A stretch of 64,000 nt of DNA from a bacterium (lineage in GTDB: Bacteria; SAR324; JACQKK01), in assembly GCA_965240465.1 (NCBI GenBank), contig OZ251219.1, forward strand, positions 1,408,001-1,472,000. Reading direction: 5' to 3'. The translations under genes were made by a program, and so were the position numbers. This document shows, piece after piece, positions 17,233 to 27,851 of this stretch; within the stretch, counting starts at the first letter, position 1; the number at the start of each line of letters is the position of its first letter. The notes under the pieces were generated by a model, which had not been told where the DNA came from, ran no database searches, and saw only the letters and a list, made by a program, of their open reading frames with translations.

Positions 17233-18837
17233 CTAGCGAAACTTAAGGATTGTTCTTTTCAACAACCGCCACCAATTAAGGGCTTGTTCATCGTGCAACA
17301 GCACGGTTAATACCCAATATCCCAACCCGCCACAAACTAAACAAAGGGAAAATATTAGCCAGTTATGGGGTTCAAAAGCCCCTAGTTGCCATTTTCCATA
17401 AGATTGCAGTTTGGCAATCACCAGCCCCACTAAGACCGCCACCCCAGTTTGACGAAAAATTGCCCGCCATGGCGTCCAAGCACCACGGTCGTGGGTCTTT
17501 TTATTGAGCATAAACCACAAGATGATGCATTGTAGCCACACCCCTAAACTAAGTGCACCCGCTAAACCAGAAACCATAAAGCGTCTGCTCAGTAGCCAGC
17601 CACTAGGGATGGTCACCATCATATTAGCAGCAGCGGCGATAACTGGTCGGCGGGTATCACCATAAGCATAAAAGACTGGAGTCATTACTCGCACTGCAGC
17701 AATGGCAGGCACCCCCAAAGACATCCACTGCAAAGCACTGGCGGTAGATAAGACATCCTGCAGTTGGAATTCTCCGTGCAGGTAGAGCATGGCTACAATC
17801 GCCTGACTGGCTGCAATAAAACCAGCCACCGAGGGTAACAAAGGATACAAGGATGCCGACAATGTTAAACGCATTGTTTTTCGCACGCGTTGCCAATCTT
17901 TGCGGGCTATGTGGCGACTTAGAGTAGGTAGCCCAGCCGCTGAAAAAGCAAATGTAAATATCCCCAATACTAACTCCGTCAGTCGAGTGGCATTGTGATA
18001 ATGAAATATTTGACCCGTAGGCAGAAAACTAGCCAAAATTCCCAATAGCAAAATATTCGCTTGATACACTGCCAAACCCAGCAATGCCGGACCCAACAAA
18101 CGACATAACTCCCTGACATGAGGCCCTAAATAAAACAAAGGGGAAAAAGAAATCTTTTCTTTTAAGAGCCAAGGACATTGCAACAATACTTGCACTACTC
18201 CGCCCACCAAAACCCCCACAGATACCATCATCACTGGAGGAGATAACCAATTCCAAGGAGCTAACACTGCCACAATAATACCCAAATTTAAGAAAATAGG
18301 TGCTGCAGCAGGTGCTGCAAAACGACCATGTGCATTCAAAACCCCCATCGCCCAAGCTACCGAGGATACCAATGCCAAATAAGGAAAACTCCAACGCAGC
18401 AAGCGAACACTCAAGGCAAACTTATCTGGGTCCGCTAAAAAACCCGGCGAAGATACTGCCATTACCGCCTCGCTGAAAAAAATACCCACCCCACTTAGCA
18501 AGCTCGTTACCAACAACACCATCCCCAAGGTCTGACGGGCAAACTCACGCGCAACATCCTCTCCTTGCTCATGCAAAACCCGAGTGTATAAAGGCACAAA
18601 AGCTATTGTCATGGCTCCCTCTGCCGTTAAACGACGTAGGGCATTTGGCAGTCTAAAGGCCTGTACCCAAGCATCGGTTGCTCCAGATGCCCCAAAACGA
18701 TTGGCTAACAGCAAATCACGGGCCATCCCAAAGAACCGCGATAAAATAGTGTAAAATGTAATTATCCCCGCCCTAAGATAAACTTCCTCTGCATCATCCT
18801 TACCTCTACCAGCATCTTTATTTAGATAATTCTTCAT
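17233..18837 (-). CDS. murJ: Lipid II flippase MurJ (MviN)
   Basis: SRFFGMARD, AFRLPNALRRLTAEGAM..AFVP, many TM segments. Confidence 0.96.
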   Translation of the reverse strand: MKNYLNKDAGRGKDDAEEVYLRAGIITFYTILSRFFGMARDLLLANRFGASGATDAWVQAFRLPNALRRLTAEGAMTIAFVPLYTRVLHEQGEDVAREFARQTLGMVLLVTSLLSGVGIFFSEAVMAVSSPGFLADPDKFALSVRLLRWSFPYLALVSSVAWAMGVLNAHGRFAAPAAAPIFLNLGIIVAVLAPWNWLSPPVMMVSVGVLVGGVVQVLLQCPWLLKEKISFSPLFYLGPHVRELCRLLGPALLGLAVYQANILLLGILASFLPTGQIFHYHNATRLTELVLGIFTFAFSAAGLPTLSRHIARKDWQRVRKTMRLTLSASLYPLLPSVAGFIAASQAIVAMLYLHGEFQLQDVLSTASALQWMSLGVPAIAAVRVMTPVFYAYGDTRRPVIAAAANMMVTIPSGWLLSRRFMVSGLAGALSLGVWLQCIILWFMLNKKTHDRGAWTPWRAIFRQTGVAVLVGLVIAKLQSYGKWQLGAFEPHNWLIFSLCLVCGGLGYWVLTVLLHDEQALNWWRLLKRTILKFR

Positions 18838-18849
18838 TTATTTCAATGC

Positions 18850-21555
18850 CTACAATAATTTCTGTATAAGAGAAGGTGCTTGTTTAAGAGCATGGGAGAG
18901 TTTTTCCAAATTAGGAGCATTGGCAGCTGCTAGATGAGGAGGACCACCCCCCTTGCCATCTGCAAATTGAGCCACTTGGTTGACGATAGTACCGGCTTTC
19001 AAGCCTTTTTTGACTAGATCATCAGAAACGGCACAAACAATGATCTGCTTAGATTGAACTAGTGAGGAAAGCAGAGTAACGCTGGGATTGAGCAGTTTTC
19101 GCAGTTTGTCAGCGAGGGTTTGAAGTTCTTCTAGAGTACTTGCTTGAATTTGTTGGGTAATCAGCTTGGTCCGATTAGGAAGTACCTGGGCTGTTTTTAG
19201 AAGGGATTGGGCTTGATGAGTTTGTTTATCTTGTTGGAGGATTTTTATTTGCTGCTTAAATTCTTTGCCTTGCTGGAGTAGCTGCTGTATCTTTTGGTGG
19301 AGCTGTTGAGTGTTTACCTGCAGAAGTTGTTTACATTGATTGAGGACTTGGTGTTCTTGCTGGATCCATTTTTGTGCGGTTTCGCCAGTGATGGCAGTTA
19401 TGCGTCTAATGCCCGAGGCGATACTACCCTCAGAAGTAATCTTGAAAAAACCGATTTTACCAGTTTTAGGCGTATGGCAGCCTCCGCAAAGTTCCTTTGA
19501 GAAGCTACCGATGGTTATGACACGTACTTGCTCTCCATATTTTTCTCCAAACAAGGACATTGCCCCTTGAGAGATTGCTTGATCGTAGCTGGTGTGGTGA
19601 GTCTGAATGGGGATATTATCGCGAATAGCCTGATTGGCAAGGTGTTCTATCTGATTAAGTTGGTCTGGGTAGACTTTTTCAAAATGGGTGAAGTCAAAGC
19701 GTAGTTGCTGGGGAGTTACCACAGAGCCTGCTTGGTGGACGTGTTCTCCTAATACCTGCCTTAAGGCTGCATGGAGAAGGTGGGTCCCAGTGTGATTACG
19801 CTGAATGTTATCCCTCCATAATGGGGAGACAACAGCCTGTAGACACCCATCTTCAGGCAATATGGAGGAGAAAGAAGCTGGGGTGCTAGATGATGCTACG
19901 GATGACTTTTCAGAAGCTTTAGAAGAAGGCAAGACTTCGCAGATATGCAGGATTAGATCACCCTCTTTGTACACATCTATCACCGAAAGGCAGCCTGTTA
20001 GGGACGAAAGCGTTCCTTTATCTGCGATTTGACCTCCTCCTTGGGGATAAAAGGGGGTTTTGTCAAGTAGCAAGATAAGCTGCTGGTTGTCAATCATCCA
20101 GCGGCGGATGGTAACATTAACAATAAGTTCTTGGTAGCCAATGAATTGAGAATTCTTGCCATTGGTAATGGTGTGCCATGTACCTCTTTGATGGGGGATG
20201 TTTCTGGCAGCTCGGGCTTGAGATTGTTGCTTTTTCATGCATTGCTTAAAGCCTTTAATCTCCACAGAGATATTTTTTTCGCGTGCCATCATTTCGGTGA
20301 GGTCAGTAGGAAAGCCATAGGTATCGTATAAACGGAACATCTCTTCGCCGGGTAGGATGTTTCCGGGCAGCTGAGAAATGACGGAATTAAAGCGTTCCAT
20401 CCCGCGGGCAAGGGTTTTATGAAAACTTGCTTCTTCAGCTTCAATCACGTGGGATGTGTGGGTGGCTTGTTTGAGTAGTTCGGGAAATGTTTCTCCCAGC
20501 ACCTTGCCTACCAAAGGAACAAGCTTATAGATAAAGGGTTGTTGTTGCCCGATAACGCTGCCAAACCTCACCGCCCGACGCAACATTCGCCTCAGTACGT
20601 AGCCGCGTCCCTCGTTGGAAGGCATTGCACCATCCGATATGGCACAGCAAAGGGCACGCAGATGATCGGAAATTACTCGGGCCGCTATGCCATCATCGCC
20701 AATAAGACAAGCTGAACCACTTATATCCTGCAGGGCTTGCATTATGGGAGTGAATAAATCGGTCTCGTAGTTTGAGTTCTTTCCCTGTAGCACTCGTGTG
20801 ATTCTCTCCAGCCCCATGCCAGTGTCCACATGCTTGGATGGCAACCGAGCTAGTTGCCCTTCCTCACTGCGATTGAACTGGATAAATACAAGATTCCATA
20901 GTTCAATAAAGCGGGTACAGCCTTTCATGTTCACTGCACACTCTCGGTTTGCAGTGCGACAACTGATGCAGTCTACTTGGGAACCTAAATCGTAGTGTAA
21001 TTCACTGCAGGGGCCACAGGGACCACTACTTCCCATTTCCCAAAAATTATCATCCTTACCAAAATGTAACACCTTTGAGGATGGCAGAGGTGTTACTTCA
21101 GTCCATATGGCTTCTGTTTCGGTATCGGGAGGCAATTTTTCTGCTTCGTTGCCTGAAAAAACTGTGGCATAAAGACGGCTATCATCTAGTTTCCACTGCT
21201 CTACTAGTAGTTGCCAAGCCCATTGAATGGCTTCACGCTTGAAATAATCTCCGAATGACCAATTACCTAGCATCTCAAAAAAAGTGTGATGATATTGATC
21301 TAGGCCGACATCTTCTAGGTCATTATGTTTGCCGCTGGCACGGATACACTTTTGGGAGTTGACTGCACGTGTGTATTCACGCTGTCCAATTTCCGTGAAC
21401 ACATCCTTAAACTGATTCATGCCTGCATTGACAAATAGCAGGGTGTGGTCGTCTAAAGGGACAACAGGAGCCGAACGTACAAATTGATGCCCACGCTGCT
21501 GAAAAAACTCTATGAAGTTTTTTCTGATTTTTGCAGCTGAGTAATGGGAATTCAT
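18850..21555 (-). CDS. alaS: Alanine--tRNA ligase
   Basis: LLFVNAGMNQFK, HHTFFEMLGNWSFGDYFK, DTGMGLER, NHTGTHLLH, ELCGGCH, GGGPPHLA. Confidence 0.98.
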   Translation of the reverse strand: MNSHYSAAKIRKNFIEFFQQRGHQFVRSAPVVPLDDHTLLFVNAGMNQFKDVFTEIGQREYTRAVNSQKCIRASGKHNDLEDVGLDQYHHTFFEMLGNWSFGDYFKREAIQWAWQLLVEQWKLDDSRLYATVFSGNEAEKLPPDTETEAIWTEVTPLPSSKVLHFGKDDNFWEMGSSGPCGPCSELHYDLGSQVDCISCRTANRECAVNMKGCTRFIELWNLVFIQFNRSEEGQLARLPSKHVDTGMGLERITRVLQGKNSNYETDLFTPIMQALQDISGSACLIGDDGIAARVISDHLRALCCAISDGAMPSNEGRGYVLRRMLRRAVRFGSVIGQQQPFIYKLVPLVGKVLGETFPELLKQATHTSHVIEAEEASFHKTLARGMERFNSVISQLPGNILPGEEMFRLYDTYGFPTDLTEMMAREKNISVEIKGFKQCMKKQQSQARAARNIPHQRGTWHTITNGKNSQFIGYQELIVNVTIRRWMIDNQQLILLLDKTPFYPQGGGQIADKGTLSSLTGCLSVIDVYKEGDLILHICEVLPSSKASEKSSVASSSTPASFSSILPEDGCLQAVVSPLWRDNIQRNHTGTHLLHAALRQVLGEHVHQAGSVVTPQQLRFDFTHFEKVYPDQLNQIEHLANQAIRDNIPIQTHHTSYDQAISQGAMSLFGEKYGEQVRVITIGSFSKELCGGCHTPKTGKIGFFKITSEGSIASGIRRITAITGETAQKWIQQEHQVLNQCKQLLQVNTQQLHQKIQQLLQQGKEFKQQIKILQQDKQTHQAQSLLKTAQVLPNRTKLITQQIQASTLEELQTLADKLRKLLNPSVTLLSSLVQSKQIIVCAVSDDLVKKGLKAGTIVNQVAQFADGKGGGPPHLAAANAPNLEKLSHALKQAPSLIQKLL

Positions 21556-21696
21556 AAGAACAACAAGCAAATAAATAGGGTAAGCAGTGCTTGATTATAA
21601 AAAATAAAGATACATGCATACCTTCCAAGTTTTGCCTGAGTTTTGCAAGGCATAAGCAGGCAGAAAGGTAGCCATATTTTAGGTGATTGATGAACA

Positions 21697-23241
21697 ATGA
21701 GCGAAAATAAGGAACTATATCCCTATGAAGAAGGGCAATCAGCATCTCACGGGCAACCAAGGGAAGAGTTCGGACCAGAACCCGATGGACAAGATGAATT
21801 GCAAGATTTCTTTCGTGATTTGTCTTCCCTAGACGATTATCAAAGCTCGCCTGAGACTACTGCATCTTCAGATCCAGAGATCAAGCAATGGATTAAAGAG
21901 CCTGAACCCACTTCTCCCACAGTATCTTCTTTTCCTTTACCGACAACGGATGAATCACTGAATTCCACTTTTCCTATACCTCCTAGTGGATCTGACACGA
22001 AAGATATTACTGACGATCCATTCTTTGACCGATCAAGACGTTCAAAGTTTCGTTGGCTGGGTTGGTCATTAATAGGCCTGTTGGCAGTGTTGTCAGGCAT
22101 GTTTTCCGTTAATTACTTCCAGCAGCAAAAAGAACATCTGCCATTGTACTCGGTTAAATCTGCTGGGATAGCCATTGTAGAGCAAATTAAATCAGCAGTA
22201 ACAAAGGTACTAAATGGATTGAAAAACACGCTAGATGGCTTTGGCAAATTGATAGCCAATGAACCAGTGCCTTGGCTGACAGAAAAAATAAAACAAGCTA
22301 AACCACCTGTTTTAGAAAAAAAGCCAGTGATAAAAACCAAGAGTGTTTCTAGAAGTAAGCCTAAGAAAACGGCGAAGAGTAAGCAAATTGTTGCTGTTAA
22401 GCCTGTACAGGCTGTCAAGTCAAAGTTTCCATCTCCACATACCTCGTACCCCAAGCCTTCTCCTCCGCTAGTTGTAAAATCACCAAAAATTCCTCCATCA
22501 GCTCCCCTGCCGCTAGTGCCAATTAAACCCAAGACTGCGAAGAAAAAAATAACTTTTGAAGACATCCTTCCTTCCCCAGTAGAAGAGGTTGTTGAACAAA
22601 CCGAAGAAGAAATATTTGATGAACTATTCCCCACAGAAGAAAGATCACCTTACGATAAGCCAAAAGATATTGCCGTCAAACGCACCACCCCATTTGTGCA
22701 GGCATCTCCTATCCAATCTCCATTTTCTTTTATTCTGCCCGAAAAAAACATGCCCTTTGGTAAATATATAATACATACAGCCACCTGTTTTACCGAACAA
22801 TGCCTGAAAAACTTTGCCCTAGTCCTTAAAAACCTTGATCAACAGCCATTCTTCCGCACTGAAATAAAAACAAAACAAATTTTAGAGGTTCTATCTCTGA
22901 CTGTGTTTCCCAGCCAAGAGCAAGCCCGAAACATTGCTGATTTTGTCAATCAAAACAGCTCTGGACTATCCTCTCAGGCACGGGCGGTAAGAAAAAATAA
23001 TGAATGGTACGTCTCGCTGGGGCAATACTCAGAACTTAGAGAAGCACAAAATATACGTACAATGACTAATAGGGTGGCTGCTACTGAAGCAACCTTCCAA
23101 ATCCAAGTCGGTAGCTTGGCACAAAAAACATATCAGGTGATTATTGGTCCCTTCTCCAATCGTATAATTGCTGAAAACACCATCCAAGAACTGAAAACAC
23201 AAAATACAAAATTTTCTAATGCCGTAATATCTATCCGCTAG
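21697..23241 (+). CDS. Bitopic protein with acidic N-terminus, one TM, Pro/Lys-rich linker and C-terminal SPOR-like domain(s)
   Basis: TM WLGWSLIGLLAVLSGMF; WYVSLGQYSELREA and YQVIIGPFSNR..AE are SPOR-like. Confidence 0.7.
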   Translation: MSENKELYPYEEGQSASHGQPREEFGPEPDGQDELQDFFRDLSSLDDYQSSPETTASSDPEIKQWIKEPEPTSPTVSSFPLPTTDESLNSTFPIPPSGSDTKDITDDPFFDRSRRSKFRWLGWSLIGLLAVLSGMFSVNYFQQQKEHLPLYSVKSAGIAIVEQIKSAVTKVLNGLKNTLDGFGKLIANEPVPWLTEKIKQAKPPVLEKKPVIKTKSVSRSKPKKTAKSKQIVAVKPVQAVKSKFPSPHTSYPKPSPPLVVKSPKIPPSAPLPLVPIKPKTAKKKITFEDILPSPVEEVVEQTEEEIFDELFPTEERSPYDKPKDIAVKRTTPFVQASPIQSPFSFILPEKNMPFGKYIIHTATCFTEQCLKNFALVLKNLDQQPFFRTEIKTKQILEVLSLTVFPSQEQARNIADFVNQNSSGLSSQARAVRKNNEWYVSLGQYSELREAQNIRTMTNRVAATEATFQIQVGSLAQKTYQVIIGPFSNRIIAENTIQELKTQNTKFSNAVISIR

Positions 23242-23271
23242 CTACTCCAAGTGACTAAAACTAACATAAAA

Positions 23272-24072
23272 TCACTCAGATTCTTTCAGGATTAACACTG
23301 CCGCACAGGCAGCCCCAAAGCCATTATCTATGTTGACAACCAACACCCCCGGCACACAGCTGTTGAGCATAGTAAGTAGGGCCGCGATGCCTTCTAGTCC
23401 AGATCCGTATCCAACACTGGTGGGAGTGGCAATCACGATGGCTTTGGTGAGCCCTGCTACCACTGCAGGTAGGGCACCATCCATCCCAGCTACCACAATG
23501 ATAACTCGTGCCTGCTGAAGTATCTGCTGATGTGCTAGCAATCGTTGGATGCCAGCTATACCTACATCGGCAACTAGCTTGGGTTTTAAGCCTAGCCACA
23601 TAGCAGTTTCATAGGCTTCTGTTGCGACTGGAATATCGGCAGTGCCTGCTGAAAGAATAAGTAACTGGTTTGGGAGATCGCTATTGTGAGGGATGGTATT
23701 TATGGTTTCAGGCTTCAGGTGTGAAGCAAAGGCGAGGGTTTGTGCTTGTGGGTGTCGGCGTCCTTTGAGGGCTGTTGCCCACCGAAATGATAGATCTTTG
23801 AATCTTTTTTCTGAGAGCTTGGTAATCAGTAGCCGTTTTTGGTGAGAGAGAATTTGCGAGCAAATATCTACCAGCTGATCAGTAGTTTTACCTACCGCAA
23901 ATACGGCCTCGGGTAGCCCAGTACGCTGGGCGCGTTGATGATCCAGCTTGGCAAAGCCCAGCTCTTGAAATTGTTGTGCCTCCAACTCTTTCAAAGCCTC
24001 AGCTACCGATAGATCCTCTTGCTGAATGCACTTCAGCATGGATATCACTTGAGACATATCCATGTTTGCCAT
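23272..24072 (-). CDS. larB: Nickel-pincer cofactor biosynthesis protein LarB (PurE-related)
   Basis: LDHQRAQRTGLPEAV, AGTADIPVA, DVGIAG, VAGMDGALP, PTSVGYG, VNIDNGFGAA. Confidence 0.92.
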   Translation of the reverse strand: MANMDMSQVISMLKCIQQEDLSVAEALKELEAQQFQELGFAKLDHQRAQRTGLPEAVFAVGKTTDQLVDICSQILSHQKRLLITKLSEKRFKDLSFRWATALKGRRHPQAQTLAFASHLKPETINTIPHNSDLPNQLLILSAGTADIPVATEAYETAMWLGLKPKLVADVGIAGIQRLLAHQQILQQARVIIVVAGMDGALPAVVAGLTKAIVIATPTSVGYGSGLEGIAALLTMLNSCVPGVLVVNIDNGFGAACAAVLILKESE

Positions 24073-24090
24073 TAATTAAATCTGGAGAAA

Positions 24091-25551
24091 TCAGTTTGCC
24101 AGCTTCTTCTTTAGAATTTTGGTAACCATCACCGGATTAGCTCTTCCCTTAGTGGCACTCATCACCTGACCAACAAAAAATCCGAACACACGCTCTTTTC
24201 CATCCCGATACTGCCCTACTTGCTGGGGATATTTTTTTATTACACCCTCAACAATAGCTGTCAATTCCCCTGAGTCACTAAGCTGGATCAGCCCTTCTGC
24301 TTTGACAATCTCCTCTGGAGAAAGTCCGTTGGCAAACATTTTATCAAACACTTCTTTTGCTAGCGTACTACTTAGCTTTCCTTCCTTCACCATCTTAATC
24401 AGTTGGGCTAGTTCTCGTACCCCGAACTTTAAATCAACCACACTGCATTTTTCTTCGTTCAGGCGGGCAGCCACCTCTACCATCACCCAATTTGCGGCTT
24501 GCTTAGCAGGAGCACCTTCTGCCAGCAACCCTTCAAAAAGTATTACATACTGAGGCTCATTCACCAGCACATTAGCATCATAAACTGAAAGTCCATACTC
24601 CTCCATATACCGAGTACGCTTCTGGTCTGGTAGCTCAGGTAACAAAGCACGTTGCTTTTCCACCCAAGTCTTATCTAGCACTAACACTGGTAAATCAGGT
24701 TCAGGAAAATAACGATAATCATGGGCATCCTCTTTGGAACGCATGACATAAGTCATTTTGTGCTCTGGATCATACAGGCGTGTCTCTTGATGTATTTCTC
24801 GTCCTTCCAATAACTCCTTTCTTTGGCGAATGATTTCATGCTCTACCGTTTGCTGCACAAAACGAAACGAGTTCAAATTCTTGGTTTCTGTGCGAGTACC
24901 AAATTTTTCATGCCCCTTAACTCGCAAAGACACGTTCACATCAGCCCGTAAATGTCCTTCCTCCATATTCCCTAAACTAACACCCAAATGGATCACTAAC
25001 TGATGAACCGTCTCCATGTACGCCTTAGCTTCTTCTGCTGAGTTCAAATCGGGTGCACTAACAACTTCCACCAAGGGGACTCCAGCCCGATTCAAATCCA
25101 CATAACTGGAATTCTTGTCACGCCCTTGATGCGACAATTTCCCCGCATCTTCCTCCACATGAATACGAACAATCCGTACCCGCTTTTTGCGTGGCAGATT
25201 TCTAACCTCATCATTGCCAAGCACATCAATTTCCAACCAGCCGTTTTCACACAAGGGCTTATCATCTTGCGATATTTGATAAGACTTGGGCAGATCAGGA
25301 TAAAAATAATTCTTGCGGGCAAATTCGCTATTCAAATTGATCTCACAATGCGTCGCTAATCCTAATCGTACTGCCAGTTCAATCGCCTTAGCGTTAACCA
25401 CTGGTAACACCCCTGGCAACCCCAAACAAACAGGGCAGGTATTTGTATTAGGAGTAGCCCCATAATCATTACTGCAACTGCAAAACAACTTGCTTTTAGT
25501 TGCTAAACGGGTATGTATTTCTAACCCGATTACAGGTTCAAATTCAGTCAT
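24091..25551 (-). CDS. gatB: Asp/Glu-tRNA amidotransferase subunit B
   Basis: IGLEIH, RKNYFYPDLPK, EEDAGK, DLNRAGVPL, DYRYFPEPDL. Confidence 0.98.
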   Translation of the reverse strand: MTEFEPVIGLEIHTRLATKSKLFCSCSNDYGATPNTNTCPVCLGLPGVLPVVNAKAIELAVRLGLATHCEINLNSEFARKNYFYPDLPKSYQISQDDKPLCENGWLEIDVLGNDEVRNLPRKKRVRIVRIHVEEDAGKLSHQGRDKNSSYVDLNRAGVPLVEVVSAPDLNSAEEAKAYMETVHQLVIHLGVSLGNMEEGHLRADVNVSLRVKGHEKFGTRTETKNLNSFRFVQQTVEHEIIRQRKELLEGREIHQETRLYDPEHKMTYVMRSKEDAHDYRYFPEPDLPVLVLDKTWVEKQRALLPELPDQKRTRYMEEYGLSVYDANVLVNEPQYVILFEGLLAEGAPAKQAANWVMVEVAARLNEEKCSVVDLKFGVRELAQLIKMVKEGKLSSTLAKEVFDKMFANGLSPEEIVKAEGLIQLSDSGELTAIVEGVIKKYPQQVGQYRDGKERVFGFFVGQVMSATKGRANPVMVTKILKKKLAN

Positions 25552-25839
25552 CGTATCTTTATATGAGCATCGTAGAAATATGTATGAATTGCTAGATTAT
25601 TTATTTCGTCTGTAAATGTATCTTCTTCCTACGAGTTTAATATCTATATTCAAAATACATGCAAGACTTTTATCAAGGATTTATAAGCGAACTACCTTTT
25701 TTTGATAGATTTTATGTCTGTTATCGCCTTTTTTGTTTCACTTCTTGGGGTTCAAGTATACAATGTCTTCTGCAAAGTCTACTGGTCTTTCGCTTCTTAG
25801 TGGGTTGCTTTACTTTACGAGACAATTGTAGCGACGATA

Positions 25840-26778
25840 ATGACTGTACATCACAAGATAATCATTTTAGGCTCAGGCCCTGCTGGTCTAACGGCGGCTA
25901 TCTATGCTGCCCGTGCCAACCTAAAGCCGTTGGTGTTGATGGGTGATCAACCTGGTGGTCAGCTCACAATTACCACCGATGTGGAAAACTACCCGGGCTA
26001 TCCTGATGGTGTTACTGGCCCTGCAATGATGCAAGACCTTGAAAAACAAGCGACCCGCTTTGGGGCTATTTTGGATCGGAATACTGCGTTATCGGTCAAT
26101 CTCAGAGAGCGTCCTTTTCAGATACAGTTGTCACCAAATGCCCAGAACCATAAGCTGCATTGTGATACCCTAATTATCGCTACGGGGGCTAGTGCTAGGT
26201 GGCTAGGATTACCATCTGAGTTAAAATTTCAAGGGCAAGGAATATCTACCTGTGCCACCTGTGATGGATTTTTCTTCAAGGACAAGCAAATTGCCGTGGT
26301 TGGAGGCGGCGACACCGCTATGGAAGAAGCTCTTTTTCTGACTAAATTTGCCGAGTCTGTTACTATTATTCATCGCCGTGACAGCTTGCGCGCTAGTACG
26401 ATCATGCAAGAGCGAGCTATAAAAAACCCCAAAATTCGTTTTATTTGGAATTCTGTCATTAGAGAAATTCTGGGAAATGAAAAAGATGGGGTTACGGAAA
26501 TATGCCTGAGTAACACCGAAACAAACAAAGAATCGCAGATACCCATGCAAGCCCTGTTCGTGGCTATTGGACATACTCCCAACACTAAAATTTTCAAAGG
26601 ACAACTGGATTTAGACCCGACAGGCTATATCAATATTGCACCAGAAAGTACACAAACCTCCATAAATGGAGTGTTTGCTTGTGGTGATGTAGCAGACCAT
26701 GTGTATCGTCAGGCTGTCACCGCGGCAGGGACAGGTTGCATGGCTGCCATAGACGCAAACCATTTTTTAGAGGTTTAG
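25840..26778 (+). CDS. trxB: Thioredoxin-disulfide reductase
   Basis: GSGPAGLTAAIY, CATCDG, GGGDTAMEEA, YRQAVTAAG. Confidence 0.98.
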   Translation: MTVHHKIIILGSGPAGLTAAIYAARANLKPLVLMGDQPGGQLTITTDVENYPGYPDGVTGPAMMQDLEKQATRFGAILDRNTALSVNLRERPFQIQLSPNAQNHKLHCDTLIIATGASARWLGLPSELKFQGQGISTCATCDGFFFKDKQIAVVGGGDTAMEEALFLTKFAESVTIIHRRDSLRASTIMQERAIKNPKIRFIWNSVIREILGNEKDGVTEICLSNTETNKESQIPMQALFVAIGHTPNTKIFKGQLDLDPTGYINIAPESTQTSINGVFACGDVADHVYRQAVTAAGTGCMAAIDANHFLEV

Positions 26779-26927
26779 GGAACGCAGGTAGTAAAAATCT
26801 CTAGTTGTAAGATATATAAGCAATAAATTTAACTTTGGCGTGCTGTAACTTCTTGCCTATAGAGTGTAATAAGTTTTATCATCCAATATGTGAGGTGGTT
26901 TTGGATGTTTTGTAATGTGAGAGGTCT

Positions 26928-27185
26928 ATGGAGAGGCTAGTAGATATCTATGTGGGGCCTTTGTTAGTCACATTTGGAGGGATTCTAAGTGTAGTGGGGG
27001 TGGTGTTGGCGATACACTCATTGTATCGGTGTATTCCGTTTGAGGGAGAAACTTTGAATAGTCGCTATAGTGATGTAATTGGGTACCATGAGCGTAAGGT
27101 TCAGCGTCGTCGTGGGACGGTAGGACTGTTATTGCATTCTGTGGGGATGGCATTGATTGCTGCAGGCGTGTGGCTGTTGAGATGA
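26928..27185 (+). CDS. Small two-TM hypothetical protein
   Basis: GAGAGG RBS plus ATG; two hydrophobic segments. Confidence 0.65.
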   Translation: MERLVDIYVGPLLVTFGGILSVVGVVLAIHSLYRCIPFEGETLNSRYSDVIGYHERKVQRRRGTVGLLLHSVGMALIAAGVWLLR

Positions 27186-27324
27186 AGCTGTATGGGGTTG
27201 TTTTAGAAATATGACCAACATTTTCCAGTTCAGAATGTTCTGAGAAACTAGTTTGTATAAGACACACCATGTATAAGTGAAACAGGGTTACTTCTGTTAA
27301 AATGTTATGCCAAGGAGGAGCAAC

Positions 27325-27819
27325 ATGGGTCTCTTGATGAGGATATTCTATCATTTGGTAGGATCGTCGGGGTTGGTTGTTTGGCTAAGTGCTTGCGGGA
27401 ACGGTACGGAGTATGCGGATTCCTTGCCGTTACTATTTGTGAAAGATGTTGCCATGCATGAGGGCACCCTAATATCAGATGAAAGTTGCCAAGAGAAAAG
27501 ATCGGTTTGCACCAAGTTTCCAGTTGTAGTAAAGCGTAATACAACAGAATTCTCCAGTAATATAACATTCTCCTCTCAAACAATTGACGGGACAGCTCAG
27601 GCACCTGATGATTACATCCCGTTAGTAGACAGTTTATCAACCTTGAACATAGGCAGGTTGGATACCTCGTTTTTTATCTACATCAATGGCGATGTAGAAG
27701 TAGAAGACGAGGAGTATTTTATGGTTAAGATCACGAATATAAAAGAAAATGGAGATCCACGTATGCCAGCCAGTTATGAAGTCAAAATCACCATAATCAA
27801 CGATGACGTAGGTCGTTGA
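27325..27819 (+). CDS. Calx-beta domain lipoprotein
   Basis: AGGAGGAG RBS before ATG 27325; lipobox LSAC; TIDGTAQAPDDY...INGDVEVEDEEYF...ITIINDD. Confidence 0.8.
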   Translation: MGLLMRIFYHLVGSSGLVVWLSACGNGTEYADSLPLLFVKDVAMHEGTLISDESCQEKRSVCTKFPVVVKRNTTEFSSNITFSSQTIDGTAQAPDDYIPLVDSLSTLNIGRLDTSFFIYINGDVEVEDEEYFMVKITNIKENGDPRMPASYEVKITIINDDVGR

Positions 27820-27851
27820 GCCTATTATTGTCTGCATGAGAGGTTGTCAGT

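Noticed and set aside
25659-25946. 95-aa ORF overlapping trxB
   Set aside because: Out-of-frame overlap with trxB and low-complexity T-rich composition.
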